Shown here: positions 49,767-59,181 of the stretch, one piece after another
Layout of the letters: each line of letters opens with the position of its first letter
Position numbering within the stretch: position 1 is the first letter of the stretch
Source: Minisyncoccota bacterium
Lineage (GTDB): Bacteria > Patescibacteriota > Minisyncoccia > Phycocordibacterales > UBA9973
Length of the DNA: 64,000 bases
Direction: 5' to 3'
NCBI GenBank assembly: GCA_041674285.1
Contig: JBAYVZ010000004.1
Span: forward strand, 21,913 to 85,912
Program-made: the position numbers and the translations under genes
Notes under the pieces: model-generated
The model's database searches: none
Told to the model about the DNA's origin: nothing
The model's input: the letters and a program-made list of their open reading frames with translations, nothing else

Positions 49767-51506
49767 CTATTCTCCAAGCAACAATCTAGCCAACCGCAAT
49801 TCATCATATGAATATTTTCCATCAAAATGCTCAAATACTGCAGACAGTGATCGGGTGTCGAGCTTGTGAAAAGCCTTGTGTATAGCAGGAAGAGATTTTT
49901 CTGTATTTTTATCTAGGATTCTAGATAGCTCCCCTATTGGAATCTTTTCATCTTCCACTAATTCTTCTATGTGAGTAAAAATTGTACTTTCTTTTAATTT
50001 ACGGAGCTTTGCAATCTCTACTATATCGCGCCCTTCATTCCACATATCTAGAGTCAATTCTTTTGTATCTACTTTTGATCCTTTTTTATCTTTTACTTTT
50101 TTCTGAAAATCCGGGCTGGGGTTTACTACTCCGCCGGATGCACGGATAAAATTGTCATGCATTTTTTGTAATTCATTTTTAGGTAATTTTGAAAATTCTA
50201 TTTCTGCAGCACTTGATTGCTCTTTGAAAATCTGATCTTGGGAGAATATCTGTGGGTGAACTTCAAATGCTCGCCTATTCCATCCGAGTAAATGCAACCC
50301 TGAAAGACGTCGCACACGCGAGAGTGCCACGTACCCCTGACCATATTCAAATACATCAGAAAGGTCCATCACAGCTTCATCCAGACTCATACCCTGACTC
50401 TTGTGCACAGTGATAGCCCACGCCAGGCGTAGTGGGATCTGAGATATACTTGCTCTCACCTTTCCATTCTCCTCGAGGGCCCACTCTGCAGGTTCAACTG
50501 TAAACTTCTTTCCCTTACGATCTTCAACTATTGGGTACCGAGTGCCCGGGGCAAATCCGACGATAGTACCGAGGGTGCCATTCACATATCCCTCCTTTTG
50601 ATTATTCTTTGTGCACATCACCTCCGCACCGAGCTTCAGCACCAGAGTGTCTGGAGACAGACATCCCTTTTTCAATGTCTCGACAATGATATCTCGCCCT
50701 GTACCTACCATACGATAGAATTCTTTTTCTTCTTTTATTTTCTCTAGCATCGCATTGTTCACGCTATCCACATCGACATTGCGAGAAAAAAGTTTGAGCA
50801 TTTTTGCAGATGTCTTGCCCACCTCTACCTTACGAGCTTCGAGGTGCTCGAACATATCTTCATCAAAAGTATTGGACCGGATAGAAGATAGTATAGATAA
50901 AAATGTATCATCATCTTGGCGATACTGCTCGGATAGGTAGCAAGTGATAGGTTGAGCTCTGGCCCAAGATTCAGATTCATATGCAAATATTCCTAGTGGC
51001 TTTGCCTCAAATAGTGCGTCCTGATTGTAGTCATCCTCTGGAACTTTTGTATTTAAAATATCTCTCTTTGTGATCGGTGGTAATTGGAAAAAATCTCCGA
51101 CAAATATAACCTGCAGTCCGCCAAAGGCCTCAGTACTCCTGCGTACTTCCCTACATACTGCATCCACCATATCGATAGTATTGGGTCCGAGCATGGACAC
51201 CTCATCTATCACGAGAACTTTTGCTTTTGTTACACGACGAGTGACATATTCACTAGTCGATATTTTATCTAGATCGTATTTAGTCAGAGATTTACGAATA
51301 CCGATACCACTCCATGAGTGGATAGTCATCCCGCCGATATGAGTAGCCGCAATACCTGTGGATGCAGTGATAGCCACCTCTACACCACGACTACGCAAAT
51401 AAGACACATACTCATTTATCGTATGTGTCTTGCCGGCACCAGGCTCCCCTGTCAGAAAAACATTGGCCCCAGTCTTTAGTATTTGCAGTGCCTCGTCTTG
51501 GATCAT
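49767..51506 (-). CDS. Pif1-family helicase with C-terminal HTH
   Basis: GEPGAGKT, ASTGIAA, IDEVSM, GDFFQLPP, QIPLRLAWAITVHKSQG, GQGYVALSR. Confidence 0.92.
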   Translation of the reverse strand: MIQDEALQILKTGANVFLTGEPGAGKTHTINEYVSYLRSRGVEVAITASTGIAATHIGGMTIHSWSGIGIRKSLTKYDLDKISTSEYVTRRVTKAKVLVIDEVSMLGPNTIDMVDAVCREVRRSTEAFGGLQVIFVGDFFQLPPITKRDILNTKVPEDDYNQDALFEAKPLGIFAYESESWARAQPITCYLSEQYRQDDDTFLSILSSIRSNTFDEDMFEHLEARKVEVGKTSAKMLKLFSRNVDVDSVNNAMLEKIKEEKEFYRMVGTGRDIIVETLKKGCLSPDTLVLKLGAEVMCTKNNQKEGYVNGTLGTIVGFAPGTRYPIVEDRKGKKFTVEPAEWALEENGKVRASISQIPLRLAWAITVHKSQGMSLDEAVMDLSDVFEYGQGYVALSRVRRLSGLHLLGWNRRAFEVHPQIFSQDQIFKEQSSAAEIEFSKLPKNELQKMHDNFIRASGGVVNPSPDFQKKVKDKKGSKVDTKELTLDMWNEGRDIVEIAKLRKLKESTIFTHIEELVEDEKIPIGELSRILDKNTEKSLPAIHKAFHKLDTRSLSAVFEHFDGKYSYDELRLARLLLGE

Positions 51507-51513
51507 TAACTGA

Positions 51514-52413
51514 TTATAACAGATTTAGAGTTCTTTCTTTTATTGAATCATATTTATCTTTTTGTTCGGAGTAGGCAAAGAATGCGAGCGAACCTAATCC
51601 TATTCGAAGTTTGTAGCACAGCAGTCGCTCTTCAAAATTTTCTAAATTCATATCTCGATAGGCTTGCTCTGCGTTTTTGTTTGGGTCATTTCTAACTGAC
51701 CAAAACGATAGCCATGCTACGTCGTAAATAAAGTCTCCATACATAGATTCACCCCAATCAAGAATTCCTGTGATATTCTCCTTATCAGAGACCACATTAT
51801 TGCCACCGTAATCTGCGTGGACTAAATATCTCTCCTCTGGACACATTTCAGCAAGTTCTTCTATTTTAGAATATATCTTAACCCAAACATCTTTCTCTAG
51901 AATTGAATTTTCAAATAATTTATCTTTATCTAAATGTGACCCCACAGATAGTACAAATTCTTTCCAAGTCTCGAATTCCCCCACCCCGTCATTATTCCAT
52001 TTTCCAAAGCCATTTGAATCGCCAATATCAGTAGAACTTATTTCCCCCAATATCTCGAGTAGTTCGGGTAAGATTTTTTGATATTCATCTTCATTCAGCA
52101 GATTGAGAGTCGCGCCAAGAGCTTTCTTTGAAATACAAAGAAAGTGAATATCATCAAATTTTACAGTTTCTATTATTTCGGGGATTGGCAAGGTGCTCTT
52201 TGTAAAATACTTTGAAGCATATTCGTCTTTATAAAAACTACGCGCGCCCTTATTCACCCGAGCTACTAGGTCCATACCCTTTGAATTAAAAGCAAAAGCC
52301 TGTGAGGACTCCCCTCCTTTTAGGAATTCCAATTCTTTTATTTCTGCATCAAAATTTTCTCTTAGAAAAGAAAGGACTAGGCTCTGATCAATTTTTGTTT
52401 TTACTGTAGACAT
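51514..52413 (-). CDS. Aminoglycoside phosphotransferase, hygromycin kinase APH(4)-like
   Basis: GGESSQAFAF, LVHADYGGNNV, ITGILDWGESMYGD. Confidence 0.8.
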   Translation of the reverse strand: MSTVKTKIDQSLVLSFLRENFDAEIKELEFLKGGESSQAFAFNSKGMDLVARVNKGARSFYKDEYASKYFTKSTLPIPEIIETVKFDDIHFLCISKKALGATLNLLNEDEYQKILPELLEILGEISSTDIGDSNGFGKWNNDGVGEFETWKEFVLSVGSHLDKDKLFENSILEKDVWVKIYSKIEELAEMCPEERYLVHADYGGNNVVSDKENITGILDWGESMYGDFIYDVAWLSFWSVRNDPNKNAEQAYRDMNLENFEERLLCYKLRIGLGSLAFFAYSEQKDKYDSIKERTLNLL

Positions 52414-52940
52414 TTTATTTTTATTTCATTACTTATTTTTAATTCTTCTGGAGTATTTATAAATTTTACAAAACCATCTGCCAATTCATCGGCGCTCAAA
52501 GAAGAAGAACTTTCAAAAACATAATGCTTAGGTTGAGACAGGACTTCTTTTTCTAAGTGATGAGCCCAATTTAAATTGTCTTGAATTAATTGATCATTCC
52601 AACCTCTTTCTTTTAATCTATTTTTAATCACCTCATCATCTGCGTGCAAAATACCAAAAACTAAATCTGTATCTTTATTTAAACTTGGTGAATTTAAAAT
52701 TTCAGAAGGAACACTAACTCCACATATAACTGTAGAGATTTTATTTTTCTCATTCTCATTTGAAATTTGTATCCATATATCCGTAGTCTCCTGTCTCCAC
52801 TCTTTACTAGGATTCTGAGGAACACCATTTTCATCAAAATCATGGACATCAAAACTATCTATCGGAAGTTTAGTTTTAAGGGATTCCATCAAAGTGGTTT
52901 TACCTGATCCACTAGTCCCAGTTATAAAATATATGCTCAT
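52401..52940 (-). CDS. Small P-loop kinase
   Basis: FITGTSGSGKTT, VHDFDENGVP, RLKERGW. Confidence 0.75.
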   Translation of the reverse strand: MSIYFITGTSGSGKTTLMESLKTKLPIDSFDVHDFDENGVPQNPSKEWRQETTDIWIQISNENEKNKISTVICGVSVPSEILNSPSLNKDTDLVFGILHADDEVIKNRLKERGWNDQLIQDNLNWAHHLEKEVLSQPKHYVFESSSSLSADELADGFVKFINTPEELKISNEIKIKCLQ

Positions 52941-52989
52941 ATACACAGTATACCAAATAAAAACCCTCCTGTTTGGAAGGGTTTTATTA

Positions 52990-53586
52990 TTATTCTTTAA
53001 AGTATTTATTTTTTAAAAATTCTGTTAAATCATCCATCTCTTTTCTGGATAAATCCAAAATAGTTCTTTTATTTTCAATAGAATTATTCTCAGCATTTTC
53101 CAACCCTACTGGAGCTAAGCTGTACATTGAATCTTTTGTAAAGACCGAGACGCCGTAGTGGTAAGGTGACCATTCTTTTCCGGAATAGAATTCGTCCAAC
53201 AAAATTTGAACCTTGTTCTTTAGATTTGAAGATTCTTCTTTTATTGATTCCAGAAGTTCACGATACTCAGGACTATCACCCTTGACATTTCTATATTTTG
53301 TATTTATTTCGTTTGATTCTTTTGAGTAGAATTGAGAATGTTTTTTTGATCCGAATATAACACTAGGATATGGCTTTTCTTTTTCTACATGCCCTTCACA
53401 AGATTCCATAGTATTTACACCCAGGAGGTTCATAACCACAACTGTATCCATAACACCCTCTTCCATTTTTTCATTCTCAAATTCAGATGCTGACTTTAAA
53501 ATATTCTGTTTTATATCATCCCAAGCTTTCTGTTTGATTGAAATATTTTCAGGATCAGTTTTAATAAAACTTTCTAGATTTTTCAT
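52990..53586 (-). CDS. Hypothetical protein with T.xSCEGH motif
   Basis: TVVVMNLLGVNTMESCEGH; leaderless-type promoter. Confidence 0.6.
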   Translation of the reverse strand: MKNLESFIKTDPENISIKQKAWDDIKQNILKSASEFENEKMEEGVMDTVVVMNLLGVNTMESCEGHVEKEKPYPSVIFGSKKHSQFYSKESNEINTKYRNVKGDSPEYRELLESIKEESSNLKNKVQILLDEFYSGKEWSPYHYGVSVFTKDSMYSLAPVGLENAENNSIENKRTILDLSRKEMDDLTEFLKNKYFKE

Positions 53587-53601
53587 AAATTAAATATACC
53601 A

Positions 53602-53898
53602 GAAAAGTCTTTCGATTCCCAGACACTGGGACCGCGAGTACGCTTATCGCCGATTACATCGGCAGGTACTTTTCGCTCTGGTAAACCAGAGAACGAAAAG
53701 TCTTTCAATTCCCAGACGACTACTGGGACCGGCAGTAGCCTTATCGGTCCTTACAGGACCAGTATACCTTTTGCATTTTTCTGGAGTACTCTCCATAAAA
53801 ATAAGCAAAAGGTTTTCGATTCCCAGACGGAACATGCTCAAGCATGTTCCTTAGTCCCCCAATAGAAAAAGCCGGCACAAGGCCGACTTTTTCTATTG
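53602..53898. repeat. Multi-hairpin repeat array built from tRNA-His 3' end fragments
   Basis: Three TTC(G/A)ATTCCCAGAC and two ACTGGGACC motifs; nested covarying hairpins. Confidence 0.75.
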
Positions 53899-53971
53899 GG
53901 GGACTACTGGGAATCGAACCCAGATCGAAGGTTCCACAAACCTCAGTGTTAACCGTTACACCATAATCCCC
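53899..53971 (-). tRNA. tRNA-His(GUG), G-1 encoded, full CCA not encoded
   Basis: GGGATTA/TAGTCCC acceptor, anticodon loop TTGTGGA, GGTTCGATTCC. Confidence 0.93.
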
Positions 53972-53983
53972 ATATATACAATC

Positions 53984-54538
53984 CTACTTGTAAGTAGGAG
54001 GTTCCTCATTTATACCAGAAAAGTGGTTAGAAAGTCTAGCTAGTGCATAAAGTAGTGAAGAAAGTCGATTTAGATAAGCTTTTGTATAATCACCCACTTT
54101 TATATTCCCCTCGTCCGCTACACCTATCACTCTCCTCTCTGCTCTGCGTGAAATAGTACGAGCGACATCAAAAAATGCCGCCAATTCTGTGCCCCCAGAA
54201 ATAAAAAAAGATTTTATTGGTGGCAATTCTTTTTCTATTGTATCTACATAATTTTCTATCTCTTTTATTTTTTCCTCGGCTATAGTCATATCACTACCAG
54301 CGAGCTCTGCCTGCACAATAAAAAGATTTTGCTGTACATCATGTACAACTTTTTCAAAAAGTTCACCTGTCGGAACTTTATACCCCTTTTCAGAACTCTT
54401 TACTTTGCAGACACCCAAAAAAGAATTGATCTCATCGAGAGTCCCTAGCGCCTCTGCTATATTTGAACTCTTTGATATTCTCTGGTCGCAGCCAAAAGTT
54501 TTCGTTGTTCCATTGTCCCCTTTTCTTGTATAAAGCAT
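53984..54538 (-). CDS. pduO: ATP:cob(I)alamin adenosyltransferase, PduO type
   Basis: YTRKGDNGTT, GTLDEINSFLG, ARTISRRAER, YLNRLS. Confidence 0.92.
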   Translation of the reverse strand: MLYTRKGDNGTTKTFGCDQRISKSSNIAEALGTLDEINSFLGVCKVKSSEKGYKVPTGELFEKVVHDVQQNLFIVQAELAGSDMTIAEEKIKEIENYVDTIEKELPPIKSFFISGGTELAAFFDVARTISRRAERRVIGVADEGNIKVGDYTKAYLNRLSSLLYALARLSNHFSGINEEPPTYK

Positions 54539-54539
54539 G

Positions 54540-54968
54540 TTAGATATATAGACGATAAAAAGCTAATAAAAACATAAGGATAGATATCAATGCAGATGAT
54601 ATACACCACACACACCACTGTTTAATCAGAAAGCTTTGAATAAACAAAAGATAGACAGAGAATAGCACAGACATGCCAGATATCACAATAAATAGCTCGT
54701 TTATAAAAGGTGTCCACACAAGATAAAAATTTACAAACAGATAGGCTGATGTGATAAATAAATAATATACCAAACCTAGAACTTCCACGCGGAAAGGTCC
54801 AACCACAGAATAATCACTATTCGTCACAAGCTCACAATCTGTCCTAGCTGGGCAAATCAATTTTTTCTTTTCACTCTTTTTTCTATAAATATAGAAAGCG
54901 ACGAGGAAGCCCGAGATCCCGAGTATGACGAATATTATAGAGATAATCAATTCTAGGTTTATTTGCAT
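54540..54968 (-). CDS. Vitamin K epoxide reductase (VKOR) family protein
   Basis: C-x5-C..V..S.YS; WCVWC. Confidence 0.88.
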   Translation of the reverse strand: MQINLELIISIIFVILGISGFLVAFYIYRKKSEKKKLICPARTDCELVTNSDYSVVGPFRVEVLGLVYYLFITSAYLFVNFYLVWTPFINELFIVISGMSVLFSVYLLFIQSFLIKQWCVWCISSALISILMFLLAFYRLYI

Positions 54969-56749
54969 ACAGTTCCAGATAAGGCGATTTTTGTAGTTAT
55001 CTTTTTATTTGTACTATCTACACAGACATAGCTACCAGTCTCTGATGCCAATGGAAATGACATAGCCCAAGCTTTAGTTGTAGAGTAGCAAGATCCCTCT
55101 CCGTCCGTATTATCAAATATTTTACCCAAGAAAAACGAGATAGTGTTTGTATTCATATCATTAGGGTCAGTATAGAAAAGAGAATCTTTTTCTGGGTCAA
55201 CACAACTGCCTTTGAGGTTTGACTTGGTTCCATACAGGTTTTTATTCAATGCATACTTTTTATATATTTGAAGCTCAATATTAGAAATATTTTCTTCTAT
55301 ATTTTTATCTTTTATCTTCAGAGCTTCGATATCTACAGCGGAATTAGGAGGCACAAGGACATCTACACCACCAGACCCTTCAGTCTGGCCAGATTCATCA
55401 AATACAAAAGAATTAGTAACATTATTTAATTCCAAGTTCGTATTATTTTGCTGATTTGAATTTTGTTCATTTATTATTGGGTCGATATATTTTGCAGTTA
55501 CAGCTGTCTGATTAATCTTTGGCAAAAAAGGAATATCTATCAGTCCAGTCGTGTAAGCAAAAGCCACCCCACCAAAAATACAAGCAATCGCAACAAAAAT
55601 AAAAACTCCAACAATGAATCTTGGGACACCAGGTTTTTTCTCTTCAAAAACAAAATTCTTTGAATCACGAGGGAATGATGAAGTAACTGCACTATTCGGA
55701 GAATATGGGGCAGGTGCTGATACTGGCATAGATACTGGACTAGTTACAGGTTTTGACAATTCTTGTTTGGCAAAGACCATATAAGGTGGCTTGCCAGACG
55801 GAGCTGATGTAGCAGGAGCGATATTTACAACTGGAGGAACAGAAACAGTGGGGGTAGGATTTATTTCTACTGCTGGACTGGCTAGAGTGGATACTGGAGC
55901 TGGAGTAGACACACCTGGCATAGGCGCTGAAGATGACGCTGGCACTGTAGACATAGCTATGGGGGCACTCATCGCAGGGGGCACTATATTGTCCTCCACA
56001 GGGGCCACTGATGGCTTCTGATAAACTTTTGCAAGTTCTGCTTTTCTCTCTGGTGTACGCACTGGCGGTAATACAGCCTTTGGTGAGACAACTGGTTCTA
56101 CCTTTTTAGGAATCAGTCTGGGTATAACTTCTGTGTTCTCAGAAGAAATGATAGGTATATTTGAAGGTGTCCAGACTTTTGGGAGATTCGATGGTGGCAC
56201 AGAAGCAGAAAAACTATTTTCAATAGGCTTATCCTCTTTTACCACTTCCCTATATGGATCTATCTTTGGAGTTTCTGGCTCAATATTAGAATCTATTTTT
56301 ACTTCTGGTGTTAATACTATATCGGGGGCAGGCGCAGAAACTGGAGTTGGCTCCACAATAGGAGCTACTGAAATTTGTGGTTCTATATTTTTAACAATTT
56401 GAGTTGCTGGTTTTTCTGAAGTTGATGGTTCTAGTATTTGTACTGATTCTACTGTTTTTACCTCAGGCATTTTTTCTGATTCTGGAGTTTTTATTTCTGC
56501 AGGAACAACAATATCCGCCTTTGGTTCAGCTGGGGGTGTACTAAAGGCCGGAGTAAAAGTAGTTTGTATTTTAGGAGCAACAGGTTCTACCATCTTGGGT
56601 ACAACAAAAGCAGGAGCAACCTTCTGGAAACCTTCTTCGATATCTTCTGCTAGCCAACCAGCAGAAAGTAGCTCGGATTTAATTTTCTCACGAGGTGTAC
56701 CATTCTTTTCTTCTTTCTCAATAAACTCTACAAGATCAAGAGTAATCAT
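54959..56749 (-). CDS. Pro-rich membrane protein with C-terminal pilin-like domain
   Basis: N-term IKSELLSAGW..EDIEE; long P/E/V/S linker; one TM; C-term C...WAMSFPL...YVCVDS...C. Confidence 0.6.
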   Translation of the reverse strand: MITLDLVEFIEKEEKNGTPREKIKSELLSAGWLAEDIEEGFQKVAPAFVVPKMVEPVAPKIQTTFTPAFSTPPAEPKADIVVPAEIKTPESEKMPEVKTVESVQILEPSTSEKPATQIVKNIEPQISVAPIVEPTPVSAPAPDIVLTPEVKIDSNIEPETPKIDPYREVVKEDKPIENSFSASVPPSNLPKVWTPSNIPIISSENTEVIPRLIPKKVEPVVSPKAVLPPVRTPERKAELAKVYQKPSVAPVEDNIVPPAMSAPIAMSTVPASSSAPMPGVSTPAPVSTLASPAVEINPTPTVSVPPVVNIAPATSAPSGKPPYMVFAKQELSKPVTSPVSMPVSAPAPYSPNSAVTSSFPRDSKNFVFEEKKPGVPRFIVGVFIFVAIACIFGGVAFAYTTGLIDIPFLPKINQTAVTAKYIDPIINEQNSNQQNNTNLELNNVTNSFVFDESGQTEGSGGVDVLVPPNSAVDIEALKIKDKNIEENISNIELQIYKKYALNKNLYGTKSNLKGSCVDPEKDSLFYTDPNDMNTNTISFFLGKIFDNTDGEGSCYSTTKAWAMSFPLASETGSYVCVDSTNKKITTKIALSGTVCK

Positions 56750-56781
56750 ATGATAAATTATATCACACAAACATCTACAAA

Positions 56782-57351
56782 TTAAAATTTATAGATATAT
56801 AATTTTCGAGCATTAGTATAATCACCCTCTCTATCCATATCAATCTCGGCAATCGGTTGCTTGTTTGTAAACTTAAAAGCCACGGACACGAGAGTAGTCC
56901 CCTCTTTTATCTCTTCATCAAACTTTTTTAAAATATCATCCATAACATTTGGATAAAGATACATAACCAGATGAGTGGCATCACTAAAGTTGTAATCATA
57001 AAAATCTTCTTTAATTATTTTTACTCCATCGATACCTTTTATTTTATTTATATATTTTCTAGCGACAGAAAGAACGTACGGGAAACTAAATTTTTCCAAT
57101 CCGACAAATGTAGCTTTTGGATTATTCTTTTTGAGGAAATACAACAACCGTGCATCACCAGAACCCAGATCGTAGACGACTGAATCATCTTTTAATTCCA
57201 GAGCCTTCAACACATAAGGCAATACACTCCTAGGTGTACGGATAAATGGAGTGTCTGTCTTTATGAAAGACATAGCCCACATACAGGCCAAGATAAACAA
57301 GACTATGACAATAGCTGTGAAAAGATAAATAATTATAGAAAAAAATATCAT
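56782..57351 (-). CDS. Membrane-anchored class I SAM methyltransferase
   Basis: PFIRT, YDLGSGDARL, MYL. Confidence 0.85.
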   Translation of the reverse strand: MIFFSIIIYLFTAIVIVLFILACMWAMSFIKTDTPFIRTPRSVLPYVLKALELKDDSVVYDLGSGDARLLYFLKKNNPKATFVGLEKFSFPYVLSVARKYINKIKGIDGVKIIKEDFYDYNFSDATHLVMYLYPNVMDDILKKFDEEIKEGTTLVSVAFKFTNKQPIAEIDMDREGDYTNARKLYIYKF

Positions 57352-57353
57352 TG

Positions 57354-57435
57354 TGCCCGGGACTGGACTCGAACCAGCACATCTTACGACACACCCACCT
57401 CAAGGGTGCTTGTCTACCAATTTCAACACCCGGGC
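57354..57435 (-). tRNA. tRNA-Leu(GAG)
   Basis: GCCCGGG acceptor, CACCC-TTGAGGT-GGGTG, long variable arm, GGTTCGAGTCC. Confidence 0.93.
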
Positions 57436-57517
57436 AAACACTTACAAGAGTGAGCATAACAGATTTAGGTCTTTTTTTCAATAAAAAATAAAACCACCCA
57501 ATGGGTGGTTTTATTTT

Positions 57518-57919
57518 TTATTCAGCAGATTTCTCTTCTGTATCTGTAGACTCTTCTTTTGAAAGAGTGATACTCTTTAGGCGCTTCTTAACTTCTTTAA
57601 CAGCCTTTGTACGGATAAAGTATAGCTTACTTCGGCGTGTCTTTGAGCGTTTGATAATCTCAATCTTGTCGATATTTGGAGAATATAGAGGAAAGATTCT
57701 TTCTACTCCGATAGTTGAAGCAACTTTACGTATTGTAAATGTAGCACCAATCTCGGCACCATGTTTACGAGCCAAAACTAGGCCCTCAAAAGCCTGAAGA
57801 CGAACTTTTCCTTTTTCTAAAATTTTTGACCAGACCTTAACAGTATCACCTGCTTTGAAATCAAGCTTTTTGCGAGCTTCGATATCTACTGGAGTTAATT
57901 TCATTGTGGTTTTTTCCAT
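57518..57919 (-). CDS. rplS: 50S ribosomal protein L19
   Basis: FKAGDTVKV, RLQAFEG, TFTIRK, GVERIFP, RRSKLYFIR. Confidence 0.97.
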   Translation of the reverse strand: MEKTTMKLTPVDIEARKKLDFKAGDTVKVWSKILEKGKVRLQAFEGLVLARKHGAEIGATFTIRKVASTIGVERIFPLYSPNIDKIEIIKRSKTRRSKLYFIRTKAVKEVKKRLKSITLSKEESTDTEEKSAE

Positions 57920-57961
57920 AGGCGTTAATATAGCATAAGAAAATGTTTTAAGCAAGATTTT

Positions 57962-58756
57962 CTATTTTAATTGATGATTATTGATAACTTTTACGAAATC
58001 CGTAGGCAGTGGAGCCTCGACTTCTATTTCTTGCCCTGAGAGGAGTATGAATTTGATAGATTTTGCATGTAGGGCCAGTCTGTCAAAACCTAGAGATTTT
58101 TCTTTCTTACCTCTGTATATAGGATCTGAGATAATCGGGTGGTTTATATATCGTAGGTGCACACGGAGCTGATGGGTGCGGCCAGTTTTTGGGTAAAGCT
58201 CCAGATAAGAGAATTGGTGACTGTTGTCTTTGATCTCCACCTCATCTTGTGTATCTGTAAATCTAGACAGGACTACATACCCAGTCTTTGCTTCACGTAT
58301 AGGATCCCGGGCACCACGCCCTGCAGTCCACATACGTACATCTCCGGGAGATCTCCCTATTGGGGCATTGATTACGCCCATCTTGCCATTCAAAAGTGAG
58401 GCATTGGGATCTGCTACATATCCATAAACAAAAGCTCGGTAAACTTTCTCAATAGTATGATTCTTGAATTGATCTTTCAAGAACAAAAAGGATTCCTGGT
58501 TCTTTGCCAAGATGATCACTCCTGAAGTTTCGCGATCGAGACGGTGTACTATACCCGGACGCATGATTGCACGTCTCTCCCCACCTTTTGCATCTACCAT
58601 CAATGGCTCCCCTACATCTTTTGATTCTGGGTATTGTTTTATAAACCAATCAGCCAGTGTCTCATCCTTGTTCTTTCCATCGTTGTGCACAGAAATACCA
58701 GACGGTTTGTCTACCACCACCAAATCATTATCTTCATATAGAATAGTTACTTTCAC
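57962..58756 (-). CDS. RluA/RluD-family pseudouridine synthase
   Basis: ILYEDNDLVVVDKPSG, HRLDRETSG, TGRTHQLRVH; start set to GTG 58756 because the upstream frame is tRNA-Val. Confidence 0.92.
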   Translation of the reverse strand: MKVTILYEDNDLVVVDKPSGISVHNDGKNKDETLADWFIKQYPESKDVGEPLMVDAKGGERRAIMRPGIVHRLDRETSGVIILAKNQESFLFLKDQFKNHTIEKVYRAFVYGYVADPNASLLNGKMGVINAPIGRSPGDVRMWTAGRGARDPIREAKTGYVVLSRFTDTQDEVEIKDNSHQFSYLELYPKTGRTHQLRVHLRYINHPIISDPIYRGKKEKSLGFDRLALHAKSIKFILLSGQEIEVEAPLPTDFVKVINNHQLK

Positions 58757-58758
58757 GG

Positions 58759-58831
58759 TGCGCGATGAGGGACTTGAACCCCCGACCTTCCCGGTGTAAA
58801 CGGGTTGCTCTACCAACTGAGCTAATCGCGC
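58759..58831 (-). tRNA. tRNA-Val(UAC)
   Basis: GCGCGAT acceptor, AGCTCAGTTGGTAGAGC, loop TTTACAC, GGTTCAAGTCC. Confidence 0.93.
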
Positions 58832-58927
58832 ATAAAAACTTGAAAACAATTTAATAGATAAACAATAACCTATTTCAAGACTTTTTTCAAGTCCTCCTTG
58901 CGAGAAAGTTAATTTTAAGGTATTTTA

Positions 58928-59090
58928 AGTAAATATCCTTGTAGTGTATAAGATATAAACCGTACATACTGTAGTCAAGGTTTTGGTGTTAAATGTAGTA
59001 AATATACGCCCTTGTAGTGTATGTGATATAAACCGTACATACTGTAGTCAAGGTTTTGGTGTTAAATGTAGTAAATATATGCCCTTGTAG
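58928..59090 (+). repeat. ~70-bp tandem repeat including the tRNA-Arg 5' end
   Basis: Units start at 58928, 58997 and 59070; shared GATATAAACCGTACATACTGTAGTCAAGGTTTTGGTGTTAAATGTAGTAAATAT. Confidence 0.85.
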
Positions 59091-59152
59091 TTAAATGGAT
59101 ATAACTGCGGACTTCTAAGCCGTTATTGCAGGTTCGATTCCTGCCGAGGGCA
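59081..59152 (+). tRNA. tRNA-Arg(UCU)
   Basis: GCCCTTG/CGAGGGC acceptor, loop CTTCTAA, GGTTCGATTCC. Confidence 0.88.
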
Positions 59153-59181
59153 CAAAGCAAAGTAACATACTTATATTTTTA

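Noticed and set aside
53644-53841. 65-aa ORF
   Set aside because: Lies wholly in the hairpin repeat array; its repeated RLGIE simply reflects the tRNA fragments
57230-57481. 83-aa ORF
   Set aside because: Reads through tRNA-Leu
58757-58849. N-terminal extension of the RluA ORF
   Set aside because: It is the tRNA-Val gene read in frame
58928-59090. Possible CRISPR array
   Set aside because: Whole units repeat with no unique spacers; no cas genes
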